This document shows positions 37,312-50,416 of a stretch of 64,000 bases of DNA, one piece after another. The translations under genes were made by a program, and so were the position numbers. Position 1 is the first letter of the stretch. Each line of letters opens with the position of its first letter. Under the pieces are notes generated by a model. That model saw only the letters and a program-made list of their open reading frames with translations. It was not told the origin of the DNA and made no database searches. The stretch is from Macrostomum lignano (lineage: Eukaryota): NCBI GenBank assembly GCA_002269645.1, contig NIVC01000748.1:1-64000 (forward strand), given 5' to 3'.

Positions 37312-40300
37312 CTACTTGACCGGAACAGCCGTTGCTGTTGCCTCATCGGAAGCCGAACCGGAAGCAGCAGTCGGTGGTGCAACCGGGCCAACATCTTGGT
37401 CGCCTGTGTCGACTAGAAGGTCACCGGTGACCTCTGCGAACAATCTGTCCCAGTCCCAGTATTCGTCCGGCTCCTGCAAGTCTTGGTCGGCGGCCAAACA
37501 CCGGGTTAGAAGTTTCAAATCGATCTCATTGTCCTGCGGGGTGGATGGCTATTCCATTGATTGCTTGCAATGCGATTTAGGGCGATTCTTAAATTGGTTT
37601 AGGGCGATTCTCAGAAACTTAGAGTGAAGACATTTTTTCAACGGATCGAAGCTGATATTTTGTTAAGACAATAACTCGATTTATATTTGACACAGCTAAA
37701 AGTACAAACCAGAGTTGCAAATGAAGCGTGCCGATTAAGGTCGAAATCTAATTCGCGATAAGTGGCAACACGATTGACGGCGATGCTAAAATGTGTGTAT
37801 AAATTGTAATTAATAAAGCTATAAAAATATGCTCGTATTTAAATGTCTCAAAGTAAAAGCTTGACAAAATACCTCGGCGCCTTTGCCATCTCGGGCGGTT
37901 CGTTTACTGATGACGCAACAGGCGCTTCCTCCTTCAACTCCGGTATAGCGGCAGCGCCTCCAACGTCTGAAAGTTTAGTTTGTACTTTTATATTTTATCA
38001 TATATACAAACTAGCTCTGAGAATAACTGATAAGAGCGCTAGAGACCAACGTTTCGCAACAGACTTCGTGTACATGTGAGCGGGGGGGGGGGAGAAATAC
38101 AGATAACCCTAGTGTGATTGAGGCCCCAAGCACCCCATTCTGTGTGTACATTGGGGGAATGGAAATACAGATAACCCTAGTATGATTGAGGCCCCAAGCA
38201 CCCCATTCTGTGTATACATTGGGGGAAGGAAAATACAGATAACCCTAGTGTGATTGAGGCCCCAAGCACCCCATTCTGTGTGTACATTGGGGGAAGGAAA
38301 TACAGATAACCCTAGTGTGATTGAGGCCCCAAGCACCCCATTCTGTGTGTACATTGGGGGAAGGGAAATACAGATAACCCTATTATGATTGAGGCTCCAT
38401 GCACCTCATTCTGTGTCTACATTAGGGGAAGGGAAATACAGACAGTCTTGGTACGATATAGTCGTATTGGAATTAAGATAATGTTTAAGTTTAGAAAGTG
38501 CACACACACGGCAAAATTTTCAATAATATTACGAATTTCAATCAAAGAGATGAACATTGTTAGGTGATTGTCAAATTTTAGGGAACTTTTGCGAATCTGT
38601 ATCCAAGTGACGCGCTGGGTGGTTTTAAGTAAAAGTGAAAAAATATGTTAATAATATGTAGTTTAAAAGTCTGAAATAATTAAACATGAAGAAATCGTTG
38701 ACAATATTAGAGAAACTACTATTTTAAATGCAATACGAAACACACTGCAATCAAGTTGTAGTTTGTACTACCGGTGAGACGAATAATGAATAAAAAAAGG
38801 TTAATGAAAAGACTCGAACCTCCATCGTCTGAAAAAGTAGTGAACATTTTTTTCATTTTAACCACATTAACTACATTAACGAAGTATATGACTGCTTAAC
38901 CCAATGTCAATAAATGATCAATACAAAACTAATCAAAATTAATTTAAAATCTTACCATCCGAGTCGGAGAATCGTTTCTCCCTGAATTTGTCGCTAAAAT
39001 GAAAAAAGTAAATAGAAATGAATTCACTACATTGTTAATTTTAAAGGTTTTGCAAAAATGCCCACCCCACGGCAATTTAAACAACACTGTCTGTGTCTTG
39101 CGACAGACGATAAACGTATATTTTGAGTACTTTGTTGCTTGCTAATTTGCGTGCTTAATATTAATTAGGGATTAATAATAGTACGTGCTCAATAATTCAT
39201 CCCAAGCAGTGTTACTTGTTTCCGAAATGGCAAAAACAAAATGATGAAGCCAAATACTGAATTATAATATAGCAACTATTCATCCTGCATATAAACAGTA
39301 AAAAATGTAAATTTTCTGGGATTAAAAAGGCAAAAAAATAGGTTAGCGGCCGTGGCTAGCAAATTGACCGACAAAAATCGATTCGAGTCACAGCACCACA
39401 CAGAGCAATAAAGTGGGCCACTAAGGACAGAAAAAAGTACAAATTTAAGCTGGGTTAAGAACCGCTGGGAGGAGGGTGGGTGAAGAAAGCGCGACAAGAG
39501 GGCACAATAGACTTAGGCGGGGTGTACAAGCCCGGCCTGCAAAACGGGTCCCACTACGTGCCCTAAAGCCGGTTTGCACCATCACAAGCTCCAGTGCAAA
39601 CCGAAACAGGAGTGGCTGACTGGCCCATAAAATCGATAAAATTCACACCATTCAAGCCACAGCCGCTCGCAGACAGACTCTCAGAGCAATTAACCGAGGC
39701 CAGTAAGGTTAAGGGAGTGACTGACTGTCTAAACCATAAAATAGATAAAATTCACACCATTTAAGCCACAGCCTTTCGCAGACAGATTCTCAGAGCAATT
39801 AACCGAGGCCAGTAAAGTTAAGGGAGTGACTGATTGTCTAAACCATAAAATCGATAAATTCACACCATTCAAGCCACAGCCGCTCGCAGACAGACTCTCA
39901 GAGCAATTAACCGAGGCCAGTAAAGTTAAGGGAGTGGCTGACTGTCTAAACCATAAAATCGATAAATTCACACCATTCAAGCCACAGCCGCTCGCAGACA
40001 GACTCTCAGAGCAATTAACCGAGGCCAGTAAAGTTAAGGGAGTGGCTGACTGTCTAAACCATAAAATCGATAAATTCACACCATTCAAGCCACAGCCGCT
40101 CGCAGACAGACTCTCAGAGCAATTAACCGAGGCCAGTAAAGTTAAGGGAGTGGCTGACTGTCTAAACCATAAAATCGATAAATTCACACAATTCAAGCCA
40201 CAGCCGCTCGCAGACAGACTCTCAGAGCAATTAACCGAGGCCAGTAAACTTAAGGGAGTGACTGACTGTCTAAACCATAAAATCGATAAATTCACACCAT

Positions 40301-43300
40301 TCAAGCCACAGCCTCTCGCAGACAGACTCTCAGAGCAATTAACCGAGGCCAGTAAACTTAAGGGAGTGACTGACTGTCTAAACCATAAAATCGATAAATT
40401 CACACCATTCAAGCCACAGCCTCTCGCAGACAGATTCTCAGAGCAATTGAGAGTTGGTACATGCAGACAAAAAAATTATAATTTCTGTAAACAAGACATT
40501 GAATTTCTTCAGTAATTATTTGAATGCATATTTTTAAATATATATCTAGAAACAAACAAATAAAAAACAGCAAATTGTAGAGCAAAGCTAGTTGCACCTA
40601 TCAATAAAAGATCATATCACATATCATTGTGCCCGGATATGTATTTCTATCTTCATCGAAAGCAAAGCGAGTGTACCCAAAATAGCATAATAAAATAATG
40701 CATAAATATCTATACAACGAACATAGTAAGCACCACGGCACAAAATGGCATTAACTAAATACGAACTGGGGTTTCATTGAACGCTCCACAGAGTCAATTA
40801 GATGATCAAATCTCCTGCAAATTAGTTACATTTACGCCTATATTTCGATATGAAAAGAAATTTAGCATAAGTTGATTAACAAAAATCAACGGAGTCTGTA
40901 AATCTAATATTTTCAGATTTTTTATTCACCTAATTATTTGCTACATTTCAGACAATTAAGCCAGCAACAGCAACTCACTCTCCAAGTTCGTCGTCGGCAC
41001 GACGACCGCCGCTACCAGCCGTCCTGGGCGGCTCGTCTCCCCAACCGCCGCGTCGCTTTGGCTGTACAAGGTGAGGGGAGTGAGGCAGATTGCGTACCTG
41101 TGGTGTGACTGGCTGCGATTTTAAATGGGGACCGAGGAGAGATTCTTGGAAGGGTTGAGGGGCGATTCTCGTAGAGTTTGAGGCCTTGAGGGTGATTCAT
41201 GACGTCGCAGAGGGCCAATTCTCGGGAAAATTTGAAGGGCAAATCCTGGAGGCTATGGGGCGATATGCTTCGAAGAATAAGGAGATATTGGATCAAAATC
41301 AAATAGGAAAAAATTAAATCAGACTTACAGCAGCTCCGCCATCGGCAGTGGTGCCGCCAGCTGAATCCTCTTCTTCATTGGCACGCCGGCCCATTCTGGC
41401 TTTCTATTAAATGGATTGAAAATGAAATAACTGTCAGTAATGTTAATGGCTAATCATCTCTACCTGTAAAAATCAAAACTCTGTCTGTGTGTGTGTCTGT
41501 GTGTCTGTGTACAAATTTGATCGCTATGGACTCCATTTGTACCGCTCGACCGCCCGACCAACTGACACCAAATTTTGCACCCGAACTAAAATTACTACGG
41601 AGAATGTCTTAGGCTACCTTAAAATTTCCTAAACTCAAGTCTTCCTACCTAAAAGTGCAAAAAACTGCTCAAAATTCGCGATTTTTTTACTAAATTCTCC
41701 ATAGCGCCGCTCCACTTCTACCGATCCTCTTCACATTTAACAAAATTGATCTTCAACTATTTTGACATAATCGTGTAAAATTTCGAGTCGGAAAGTTAAT
41801 CCTGAAAGGCGCTGTGCACTTTTAAAGTTAGGCTGTTTTTTCAGCGAGGCAACCACCCCAACCTCCGCCCGCCTGCCTCTCTTTCCCGATCTGGGCAAAG
41901 GGTGTAAATAGGTTTAAAATGACTAAATTTCGGCTGCCATAAGTTTGCTCCACGTGAAGCGATTGACTTCAAATTTGACACAATTCTCTATTGACTCATT
42001 CTCATCTAAATGTAAAGTCTCAACTCTGTATCTCAATCAGGACGGAAACTGTAAGCATGTAAAGTTTGTCTGCTTTTTCTGTTGTTTGTGCCGCTAAATC
42101 ACTCTCACTCATTCCTCCCGCCCAGACGAAGGATCAGGCGATAGAGCTCAATGTACGAGTACATAGCGAATGTACAGTGTTTTGGAATAACTTTTTAATA
42201 GCCTTCTCTGCACCCCGCGAGTGGAGAGGCGTGAGAGGAGAGACAGTTTCAGCGAGAGATTCAAACCACTGTCCTCTAAATAGACAAACTCTGCATCAGT
42301 TAAACAAGGATGACAATTGGCAAATCAAGGCGATGTGGGATGGTTTGTAAAATAGAGAAAAATTAATGAATAACTGATTACAATGCAATCCTACTAAATT
42401 AGTTACACGGTTACACCATGAAAATTTTAACATTAAGATTCGCATAAGGTACTTTAAAATTTAAATGGCCTCCTAAGAAATGTGTATTTCCTTGGTTGTT
42501 AGACTGCTGCAGACTGTGGTGGAGCTGAAGATACACAAATTCTTTACTGGGCTTGCAAATTGGCAAGAAAGATGACATGATCAAAGCATGAGAACAGCCA
42601 TGAGAGTACTATGTCCCACAAACTGGCTTTCCAAGCAGGAATGGGCAGACTTTTACCTTAAAGGCCAGAAAAGAATCAAGCTTATGGCTGAGGGGGCAGT
42701 TGAGAGTGGAGAGAAGGAATAGACTATTCGAAAAGAGAGGAGAGGTGAGAGAGGGAATAAGAGAAAAGATAAAAGATAATAGGACAGATGAGAGAGTGAG
42801 GACGATGAGAGGAGAGAGTAGAGAGGAGAGAGTAAAAGAGCGAGTAGAGAGGAGAGAGTAGACGAGCGAGTAGAGAGGAGAGAGTAGAGGAGCGAGTAGA
42901 GAAGCGAGTAGAGAGGAGAGAGTAGAAGAGCGAGTAGAGAGGAGAGAGTAGAGAGTAGAGTAGCGAGTGGAGAGGAGAGAGTATAGAGTAGCGAGTGGAG
43001 AGGAGAGAGTAGAGGAGCGAGTAGAGAGGAGAGAGCAGAGAGCTGCAGATAAGAGCAGAGCAGAGAGAAGAGCAGAGAGGAGTTAGTAAAGAGGAGAAAG
43101 GAGAGATGAGAGAGTAAATAGAAGAGAGAAGAGATAAGGTTGTACAGATGAGAGAGGTGTAGGGAGAGATGAGAAATGAGAGATGAGAGATAAAGGAGGA
43201 GAGTGGAGAGAGAAGAGACGAGACAAGAGAGGGAGAGAGTATATAGAAGAGGGAAGAGAAGAGAAGAGAAGAAAGGAGAAAGGAAAGTGAGGAGACAAAA

Positions 43301-46300
43301 GAGATGAAAGAAAAGAGTACAGAGGACAGAATGAGAGAACATATAAGACAGTAAAGATGACAGATGAAAGAGAGGGGATGAGCTGAGCTGAGAGCAGAGA
43401 CGAAAATGAACAGACGAGAGATGGGAGAGTAGAGAGAACAGAGGAGAGATAAGAGATTACAGAGACTAGAGGAGAGACAAAGGGAGAGAGAGAGAAGTGA
43501 GTCAAGAAGAGAGAAAAGAGGAGAATGGAGGGGAGAGAGTAGAGAGGAGAAGAAAGATGGGAGAGGAGAGATAAGAGAGAGAGGGGAAGCAGAGAGAGGG
43601 GGGAAGCAGAGAGAGAGGGGAAGCAGAGAGAGAGAGGGGAGCAGAGAGAGAGGGGGGAATCAGAGAGAAATGAAAAGAGATAAAAGAGAAGAGAGAGAAG
43701 AGAAAGGAGAGATCAGAGAGCAAATACAGACGAGAGAGAAGAGAGGTGAAGGAAAAGACGGGAGAAGAGTGGGAGGAGAGGAAAGAGAAAAGAAGAGAAA
43801 AGAGATGAGATAAGAGAGATGAAAAAGAAGAGAAATGAGGGAAGATACGAGAGAAGAGGGGAGAGAGAGAGGAGAGAGGAAAGAAGAGATGAGAGGAGAG
43901 AGAGAGAGGAAAGAGTAGAGAGGAGAGATGAGAGAGTAGAGGAGAGAGTTAAGAGAAGAGAGAAAAGAATAGAGAGGAGAAGGAAGAGACGAGAGAAGAG
44001 GGGGGAGAGGGGAGAGGAGAGAAAACGAAAAAGTAGAGAGGAGAGAGGAGAGGAGAGAGAAAAGAAGAGACAAGAGATGAGATAAGAGAGATGAAAGAGA
44101 AGAGAGATGAGGGAAGATACGAGATAAGAGGGGAGAGAGGAGAGAGGAGAGAGGAGAGAAGAGGGACGAGAGAGAAGTCGAGAAGAGAGGAAACAAAGAG
44201 ACGATAGAAATTTTAAAGGATCCAAGGGACGTAGGGAGAGTCAGGGAGAGGCCAGAGTTTGCCAATACATGTTTTAGAGTTAGACAGACATTGCCTGACA
44301 TTCTGCACAAGCTAACACCCAGCTAACAGTATCAATGTTTGCCTCAAATCCAAATTTTACATGAATGTGTCCATTTTATGTCTACCTCTATCCTACTAAC
44401 TATTAACAAGTTTTTGTTTGTGTATGGCCTTAGATTTCAGAATACATGCAAAAGTAGTTCTGGGGATTGGAATTCCCTGGGTTCAAAATCTGCGGGTTTC
44501 AACAGCTTGTTATAATTATAAAATAATTAGTACACTTTCCATAAAACCTCAAAATATAATCAATTAAATATATATGCATCAGTTAATTATTCTAATGTAA
44601 GCATGCCATTATTCAACTGAACAATATCACTTATTTTGCACTATTTTCAGTGACAGTGACATAGCTAGGATTTTGAAAAGGGGGATAGCTTTAAGGGCCA
44701 AAATTTTAGACTAATAAAATAGTCTTTTGTATTTTTTTGCTAAAATAAGCATTTAAAATTGCCAATACCATGTTTATTAGGCTAAAAAAACTTTACTTTG
44801 TTCAAATCAGAATAAAGCCAGTAGATGTCTGTCCTGACTAGGACATTCTAGGACCTAGGAATTTGTAGAAATATTGTTTATAACACTTTATTAGTAATTT
44901 ATGAGTGAAATAGGCCAATTTTTGGCAATTTTGCTAAGTCTAAGTCACTTTATTTTGCTTTTTTTCTTCAAAAACCTCATTTTTGTTTTTTATAAATCTT
45001 CAAAATGGGGGGATATATCCCCATATCCCTCTAGTTATGCTACTGACTATTTTACACTTTTTGCTAGCTTATCTAAAGCTGAGTTAGATCTAAACATTTT
45101 ATAGAAATTGATTTTTAGCTACTAAAATAGTAGCTATTATATGCAAGAATTTTTTATTGCTTGATATGTCATGTCATATGAATAAGGTCAGATCATGGAT
45201 AGACCAAGTGGCTGAGAATTGGATATGTGGTATAGTGATTAATGTTAACACTTATAATGATATCTGACATACTAAGAAATCTTGATAGGCTCCTCCTTAT
45301 CACCTATAGTCCAGATTATGGCAAGCTTACGCTGGAATTAAAATTCTAGTTTCTTTAATTCTACAGTGATATAAATTGAAAAAAAATTAAAAGCAAAAAG
45401 TTGCTTTTAATTTTGCTTTGCCTCCCCCATAATAAAATCTATGGCAATGTCCCTGTCTAGTGTTGAGGAATTAGAGTTGCTAATATAACAATTAACAATA
45501 AAAATGAACTCAATTATAGTTTACAATATATACAGAATTTAAGTTATAAATTTATAAATAAAGCAAATTCTTAATTCAAATCAAAGATAATAAAGATAAT
45601 ATTATATCAAAGATAATATTTTATATGATTAAAACTGAAATGGGTAATATCAAGTAATTTTTTATCATAAAATAATATAGCCTAATAATAACAAAGGTGC
45701 AAAGTAACTAGATAGGCTTATATTACTATAGTATAGACAAAAATTTAGCATTGATATAAAAATATAAATATGATAAGCTTGCATGCATGGCAGCTTTCCT
45801 ATATATGCACAACCTTGGGAATCACTCAGCCATTTCTATTGGCAACAAACACATGTAAGTCGCTATTGGCTGAGTGCAGTCACATGACTACTATTCCGCC
45901 CAATAGCAACTTACATGTGTGTGTTGCCAATAGAAACAGCCGGGTGAATCCCTAGGTTGCACCCAAGCATAAGCTTTCCATGTCTACCTAGCGTTTTAAT
46001 TGTGTACATGGCAGCCACATATGTAATAAGTCATATACTATTCAAATTTATTCGCAAATTAACAAAAAATAGCATTAGCAATGAATTGAGACTACATTGG
46101 GCATGCATGGTGTACATGGGATAAAACATGTTAAAACAGTATATATTGTAACAATTTTTAATTAGGTTTAGTTAGTGGCAATGGCAATGAGCAGATTTGA
46201 GGGAAAGGGTCCTATTCACTAGGCCTATATTGTAGCCAACTGCGGGCTGCCATGCATGCAACTAAAGTACTGGGTGGACGGCTGCCGTGCAGGCATGCAC

Positions 46301-46571
46301 GCAAGCTCTCCAATATAAATAATATCAATCAATGCTGGCCCAGTGGCCCTACCTAAATATTAAAAGAAAAAATGAGGACAGATGGTCAGATGGATAGGGG
46401 CACAATACAGGTACTAGGTAGTTTTAATAAATAGCTATCAGCATAGGTTCCAATATATTCATATCATTAGTAGGCCCTTGAACAATGTCATGATTCTTGA
46501 TTATTTCTATTAAACAAAATTGATTGTACCTTCTTTCCTTTAGTTGACTCGAGATTGAATTCCTCATCCAT
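37312..46571 (-). CDS. IFT43: Intraflagellar transport protein 43, 7 coding exons, 205 aa
   Basis: Exons 46530-46571, 41329-41403, 40979-41061, 38956-38981, 37873-37966, 37710-37785 and 37312-37533 splice in frame. Motifs ARMGRRA, RRGGWG, IPELKEE, APSIAVNRVATYRELD, EIDLKLLT and WDWDRLFAEV match IFT43 hallmarks. Confidence 0.92.
38090..38452. repeat. ~68-bp tandem repeat x~5 (IFT43 intron)
   Basis: AAATACAGA anchor at 38095, 38163, 38231, 38298, 38366 and 38434. Confidence 0.95.
39600..40448. repeat. 108-bp tandem repeat x~7-8 (IFT43 intron)
   Basis: AACCATAAAATCGATAAATTCACACC anchor recurs every 108 bp. Confidence 0.97.
41460..41990. mobile_element. Possible non-autonomous DINE-1/Helentron-like element
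   Basis: CTGT/GTGT microsatellite near the end, followed by CCAAATTTTGCAC and CGATTGACTTCAAATTTGACAC-type motifs; resemblance by eye only. Confidence 0.3.
42700..44210. repeat. ~1.5-kb polypurine (GA) low-complexity tract (IFT43 intron 1)
   Basis: Almost only G/A on the + strand, with internal duplications (e.g. ~43802 and ~44075). Confidence 0.95.
44654..45045. mobile_element. Possible MITE with ~17-bp imperfect TIR
   Basis: CAGTGACATAGCTAGG ... CTCTAGTTATGCTACTG; no clear TSD. Confidence 0.35.
45800..45971. mobile_element. Palindromic MITE, hAT-like (172 bp, 8-bp TSD AGCTTTCC)
   Basis: Long imperfect inverted repeat; TSD at 45792-45799 and 45972-45979; paralogue at 61765. Confidence 0.8.
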
Positions 46572-47999
46572 TTATCTGAAGTGTTTCAAGTTATTGTTAT
46601 AAACGTAAAGTTCACCTAGGTCCTAGGCCTACTAATTAGAATCCGAGCAAGTGTAAAATGAACAAACAGCAGCAACAAAGCTAACTATTGCATAAAAAAA
46701 TTGCTTTTATTCACCGAAACTTAGCAACTGAATTTTGAGGGAATTCCTATATTTTTATATTTACACATAGAAACAGCTTTAATTGATACAAAGTATTTTT
46801 AAATCACATTACCTTATTCAAATAAAATACTCTGTAAGAAGATAAAAATTCATTTTGCTATTTAGTATTTGTTTAATCTACCTAAAACAGCGTACGGATT
46901 CTTTTGCCACAAGCACAGTTTTTTATCATTCTGAGCTCTATACGAGAAGTCAATAATTAAATAACTGAAGTAGTTTAAGTGCAGTTTTTCCCTAAAGGGT
47001 CCTGAACCTATTGAAAGTTATAGTCTGCATTTTTCTGTCTTGAGAAACGAGCATTTAGAAACTAGCAAGTTTCAAACTGGCCGTGTGATTGTTGTAGTGC
47101 GCACTGGCGCAAACATGCCACTGCTAAGAAATGCCATTGAATTGCTACTTTCAGTAGTAAAAAAGAACAGTACAATATAGAGCGAATGTCCAGGAGTTTA
47201 TTTACCGATACATATCAAGACTATTATCCCGGATCCGTTCGCGTCTTGATCTGCATGAGTGCTGCAAATTAAGTCACGTAAAATTGAGCTACATTTATAG
47301 ATAAACTTTGCTCGAAGGCATTCCACTCTAGAAGACATTGACTTGTTGATTCTTAAAACCGATCTTATACTTAGGTAAACTTACCAGATCTGCTGGGCAA
47401 CTTGCTACATCGTACAAGATCTTAATCATAGCTTTTATATCTTTTTATAGCTTCGAATCGCATATTTTCTTTTTTGTCCCATTTTATCATAAAATAAAAT
47501 ATAGTTCAGCTAGAACACTTTAGCCAAATGAATAACAAAACAAATGTACGTCCGATTTTAGAAGATCCTGCAAGAACCGAGCAGATTGAGAACATCTGCT
47601 AAGAATGGCACAGAGACAAGATCTGCTAAGTTTGAGAAACAGAATGTCCTCTAGGGATCAGTATACAATGGGGCCTTGCAGCTCCAACGCATGCAAGAAG
47701 TAGCGATCAATTGATTGCCACATGCATGCATGCGATATGTAAACAAAAAGCTTTTTGCATTTATAGCATGCACAGCAGGAAGGCAGATCCACCCAGTCTG
47801 ATCGAGTCCATTAACATGCATGCATTCAGCTACCTGCAGGCTTCGTATTTGTAAAGTCGTGTTCAGGGCAGCGGAATTCACACTTAGTTGCTAAGTAATT
47901 ACAGGGTAAATATGCATTCATTCTGTTCCTCGATCCAAAGATTTTTGTATTAGTATAGGTGCCTGACTCGATTCGGTTGGCCTGGTTGATCGTCATTGT

Positions 48000-48375
48000 T
48001 TCAGCTGCTCCTGGGCGTTGAGAGTGTGCATGTACATGCCTCACGATGAGAAAGTGAGAGCTGCTGTACACACTGTATACGAGCTACAGCAGGGTGTCAG
48101 CTCGGGTGCCGAGTACCTGCCCCCAATTGGGCCAGATGTGCGACCGACAGCTCAGCCGCAGCTATTGCTGCGTACGGCTGTTCGGTCAAGGACTGGGGGG
48201 GGTCGCCACACACCCTCAATTACCCCAGCTAATGCTGGCACCCATTTTACAGCTGGGTGAACTGAAGCAGTGCAGAGTTAAGTGCCTTGCTCAAGGACAC
48301 AAATTGTTCCGAGTGAGTCGGCAATCGAACCCCCAATCTTCAAGTTGTGAGTCCGATGCTCTAATCACCTGCAGG
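48000..48375 (-). mobile_element. tRNA-derived SINE
   Basis: Minus-strand A-box-like TGATTAGAGC and B-box-like GGTTCGATTGCC, followed by TGTGTCCTTGAGCAAGGCACTTAAC and CACCCAGCTGTAAAATGGGT, segments typical of metazoan SINE bodies. The 3' end is uncertain. Confidence 0.6.
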
Positions 48376-48938
48376 CTATTGTCTACAAAACCTACTGATT
48401 AAACTAAATCAATACATAAAGCCAAAGATTGTCAAGCCTTTAGGATTTGACAACTGCATGATTGAAGTTCTGAAGTTTTATTAGGGATAAATATTCAAGG
48501 TTGAGTTAAACTGCAATGAAAAAAAGCAGAAATCGAGTTGATCCTTAAATGTAAAAAGGGAATGGGGATCACAGGTGGGAAACGGTCGAGGTGTCAACCA
48601 TAAGGGCCGACATCACATAACACAGAGAGGCGAAGTAAACTGTTTGTAAATCTTACTGTATAAGAGAAAAACCCCACATTGAACTTGCAGGACCAGACAC
48701 TATTCTAAACCATTCTAAAAGAAGCATTATTAATTTGCGTTTCAGGTAATAAAATTGACAGAAATTAAATCATCAAATAGGATTTGATAGCCACTCATAC
48801 GAGTATTGATTTAAATGACAAAACAGAAAGTAACAGAAGAATTAACGCGACTGACGCCAACTTAATGGCCGACATAACATACTGCTTTTCTGATCACTCC
48901 AGCTTATTGTGATCATTCAGCTTGCCAGATTTACTGGG

Positions 48939-49694
48939 TCAGTTGAATGGCGACACGCATTCGCACAGGACAGCATTGGCGAAGGTGTCGGGAGCATCGT
49001 GGAGTTTATTTGTTTTCGGTAAATGAGCCACCACGTTTTCAATGTGACCATGATCGTTGGGCTGTGCGGCCGCCCACAGGCTGTTGTCCAAAGTGATGCT
49101 GCAGCCGACCCAGTGCCAGCCTCCGGCGGGCTCAGCACTGCCGGCTGGCTGAAACCCTCCGAGATAGAAAGCCTTTCCTGAGCTGCGCAAATCGTGAATC
49201 TCGTCCACGTGGCTCATCTCGGTAGCGTCCACCACATCGGCCATGATCACCAGGCCGCTCTCCGACTCGCACTTCTGTCTGCTCTGCTGCCAGTTTCCAG
49301 TCTCATTGAGCAGCTTGTACTTCACTCCGCACAGGTCGTCTCCGTAGCCAGACGGACACAGCGCGCCCGCCTCGAGTCCCGGCTGCTGCTTCACAAACAC
49401 CCGGCCTCTCCTGGAGCAGCCGCAGTCCCTCACCGACTTGCTGCACTTGTAGAACACGAACAGCTGGCACGGACCGTCAGCCAGGCTGAACGCCTGACAG
49501 CGCCAGTCGCTGCTGCACCAGAAGGCGCAGCCGGCTATCGAGGCAACGTCAGGGAGGCTCCGAACGAACTGGCGTTTGATGCAGAGGCTGCCGTTGATGC
49601 TCGAGTACGAAGCCACGTTAGCTGCCTGCGCAACTTTGAGCAGGAAGAGAAAAACAGAGAACTGCTGGGAGTTGCTCAGCCTTGATGGCGACAT
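48939..49694 (-). CDS. PAN/apple + C-type lectin gene copy 4 (intact, 251 aa, secreted)
   Basis: ATG 49694, preceded by a likely 5'UTR intron (donor gtaagt ~49790, acceptor ~49700). Signal peptide, PAN motif, shared core, FYLGG, WHW, QPN, LCEC. Confidence 0.9.
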   Translation of the reverse strand: MSPSRLSNSQQFSVFLFLLKVAQAANVASYSSINGSLCIKRQFVRSLPDVASIAGCAFWCSSDWRCQAFSLADGPCQLFVFYKCSKSVRDCGCSRRGRVFVKQQPGLEAGALCPSGYGDDLCGVKYKLLNETGNWQQSRQKCESESGLVIMADVVDATEMSHVDEIHDLRSSGKAFYLGGFQPAGSAEPAGGWHWVGCSITLDNSLWAAAQPNDHGHIENVVAHLPKTNKLHDAPDTFANAVLCECVSPFN

Positions 49695-50416
49695 TCTGAA
49701 TAACTGAAAGTGGTAAATATGATGCACTGCATTTTAAGTCTTGCACTAAAAGATGAAATTCGATGGTAAGATACATGTACATCATATACTTACGTTGATT
49801 TCGAACTGTTCAGTAGCAATCAATAAAATTTTTGGACAGAGAAACCGAGACTGATAAAGCAGGCAATTGTTACTGGGGAAAGTTGGTTGCTAGAAGTGCT
49901 TTTTGATGCGCACAATCCTTCATGTTTTATACTCTATTTGCGAGCAGAAAACGTGTTTGCTGTGGAATAAGACACTTGCGCATCAGTTGAGGAGCAGATC
50001 GAAATGATTGGCTGATATTCCTAATGCAAGATTTCTCAGCATTCACCGATGCAGTCAGTCTGTTTGCTCAGAATTTATCTCCCGAGTTTACGAGTAACAG
50101 GCGTTTAAAATGCAAGCTATTTTACCAACTTGCTGGACTAACAGCCAACTCACCTCATCCGGTGTCTTCCATCGTTTTTTGCTTGACAAATGATCGACTT
50201 TTATAAGTGTGCGGCCTCGGCAGACTCTTTGACAATGCTTATAATGCATTTGCGTTTATAAATGTATAACTTCTCTATTCCTACATGTATGTAGTCACTG
50301 GCATTGTTTTTTAAAACTTCAATAATAATTATTAGAAAAACACTGCTGAAATGCAGTAAAAAGCTACAGAATATTACATTAAGCCCGTCGCAAGTACCTC
50401 GCCATTCCTTCACTAG

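Noticed and set aside
39729-40515. 36-aa repeat proteins on both strands
   Set aside because: A 108-bp tandem repeat (multiple of 3) inside an IFT43 intron; no splice or promoter support.
41012-41302. 96-aa ORF as an alternative IFT43 exon
   Set aside because: The candidate ccag/gtacgc sites would frameshift the next exon and leave a ~36-nt intron.
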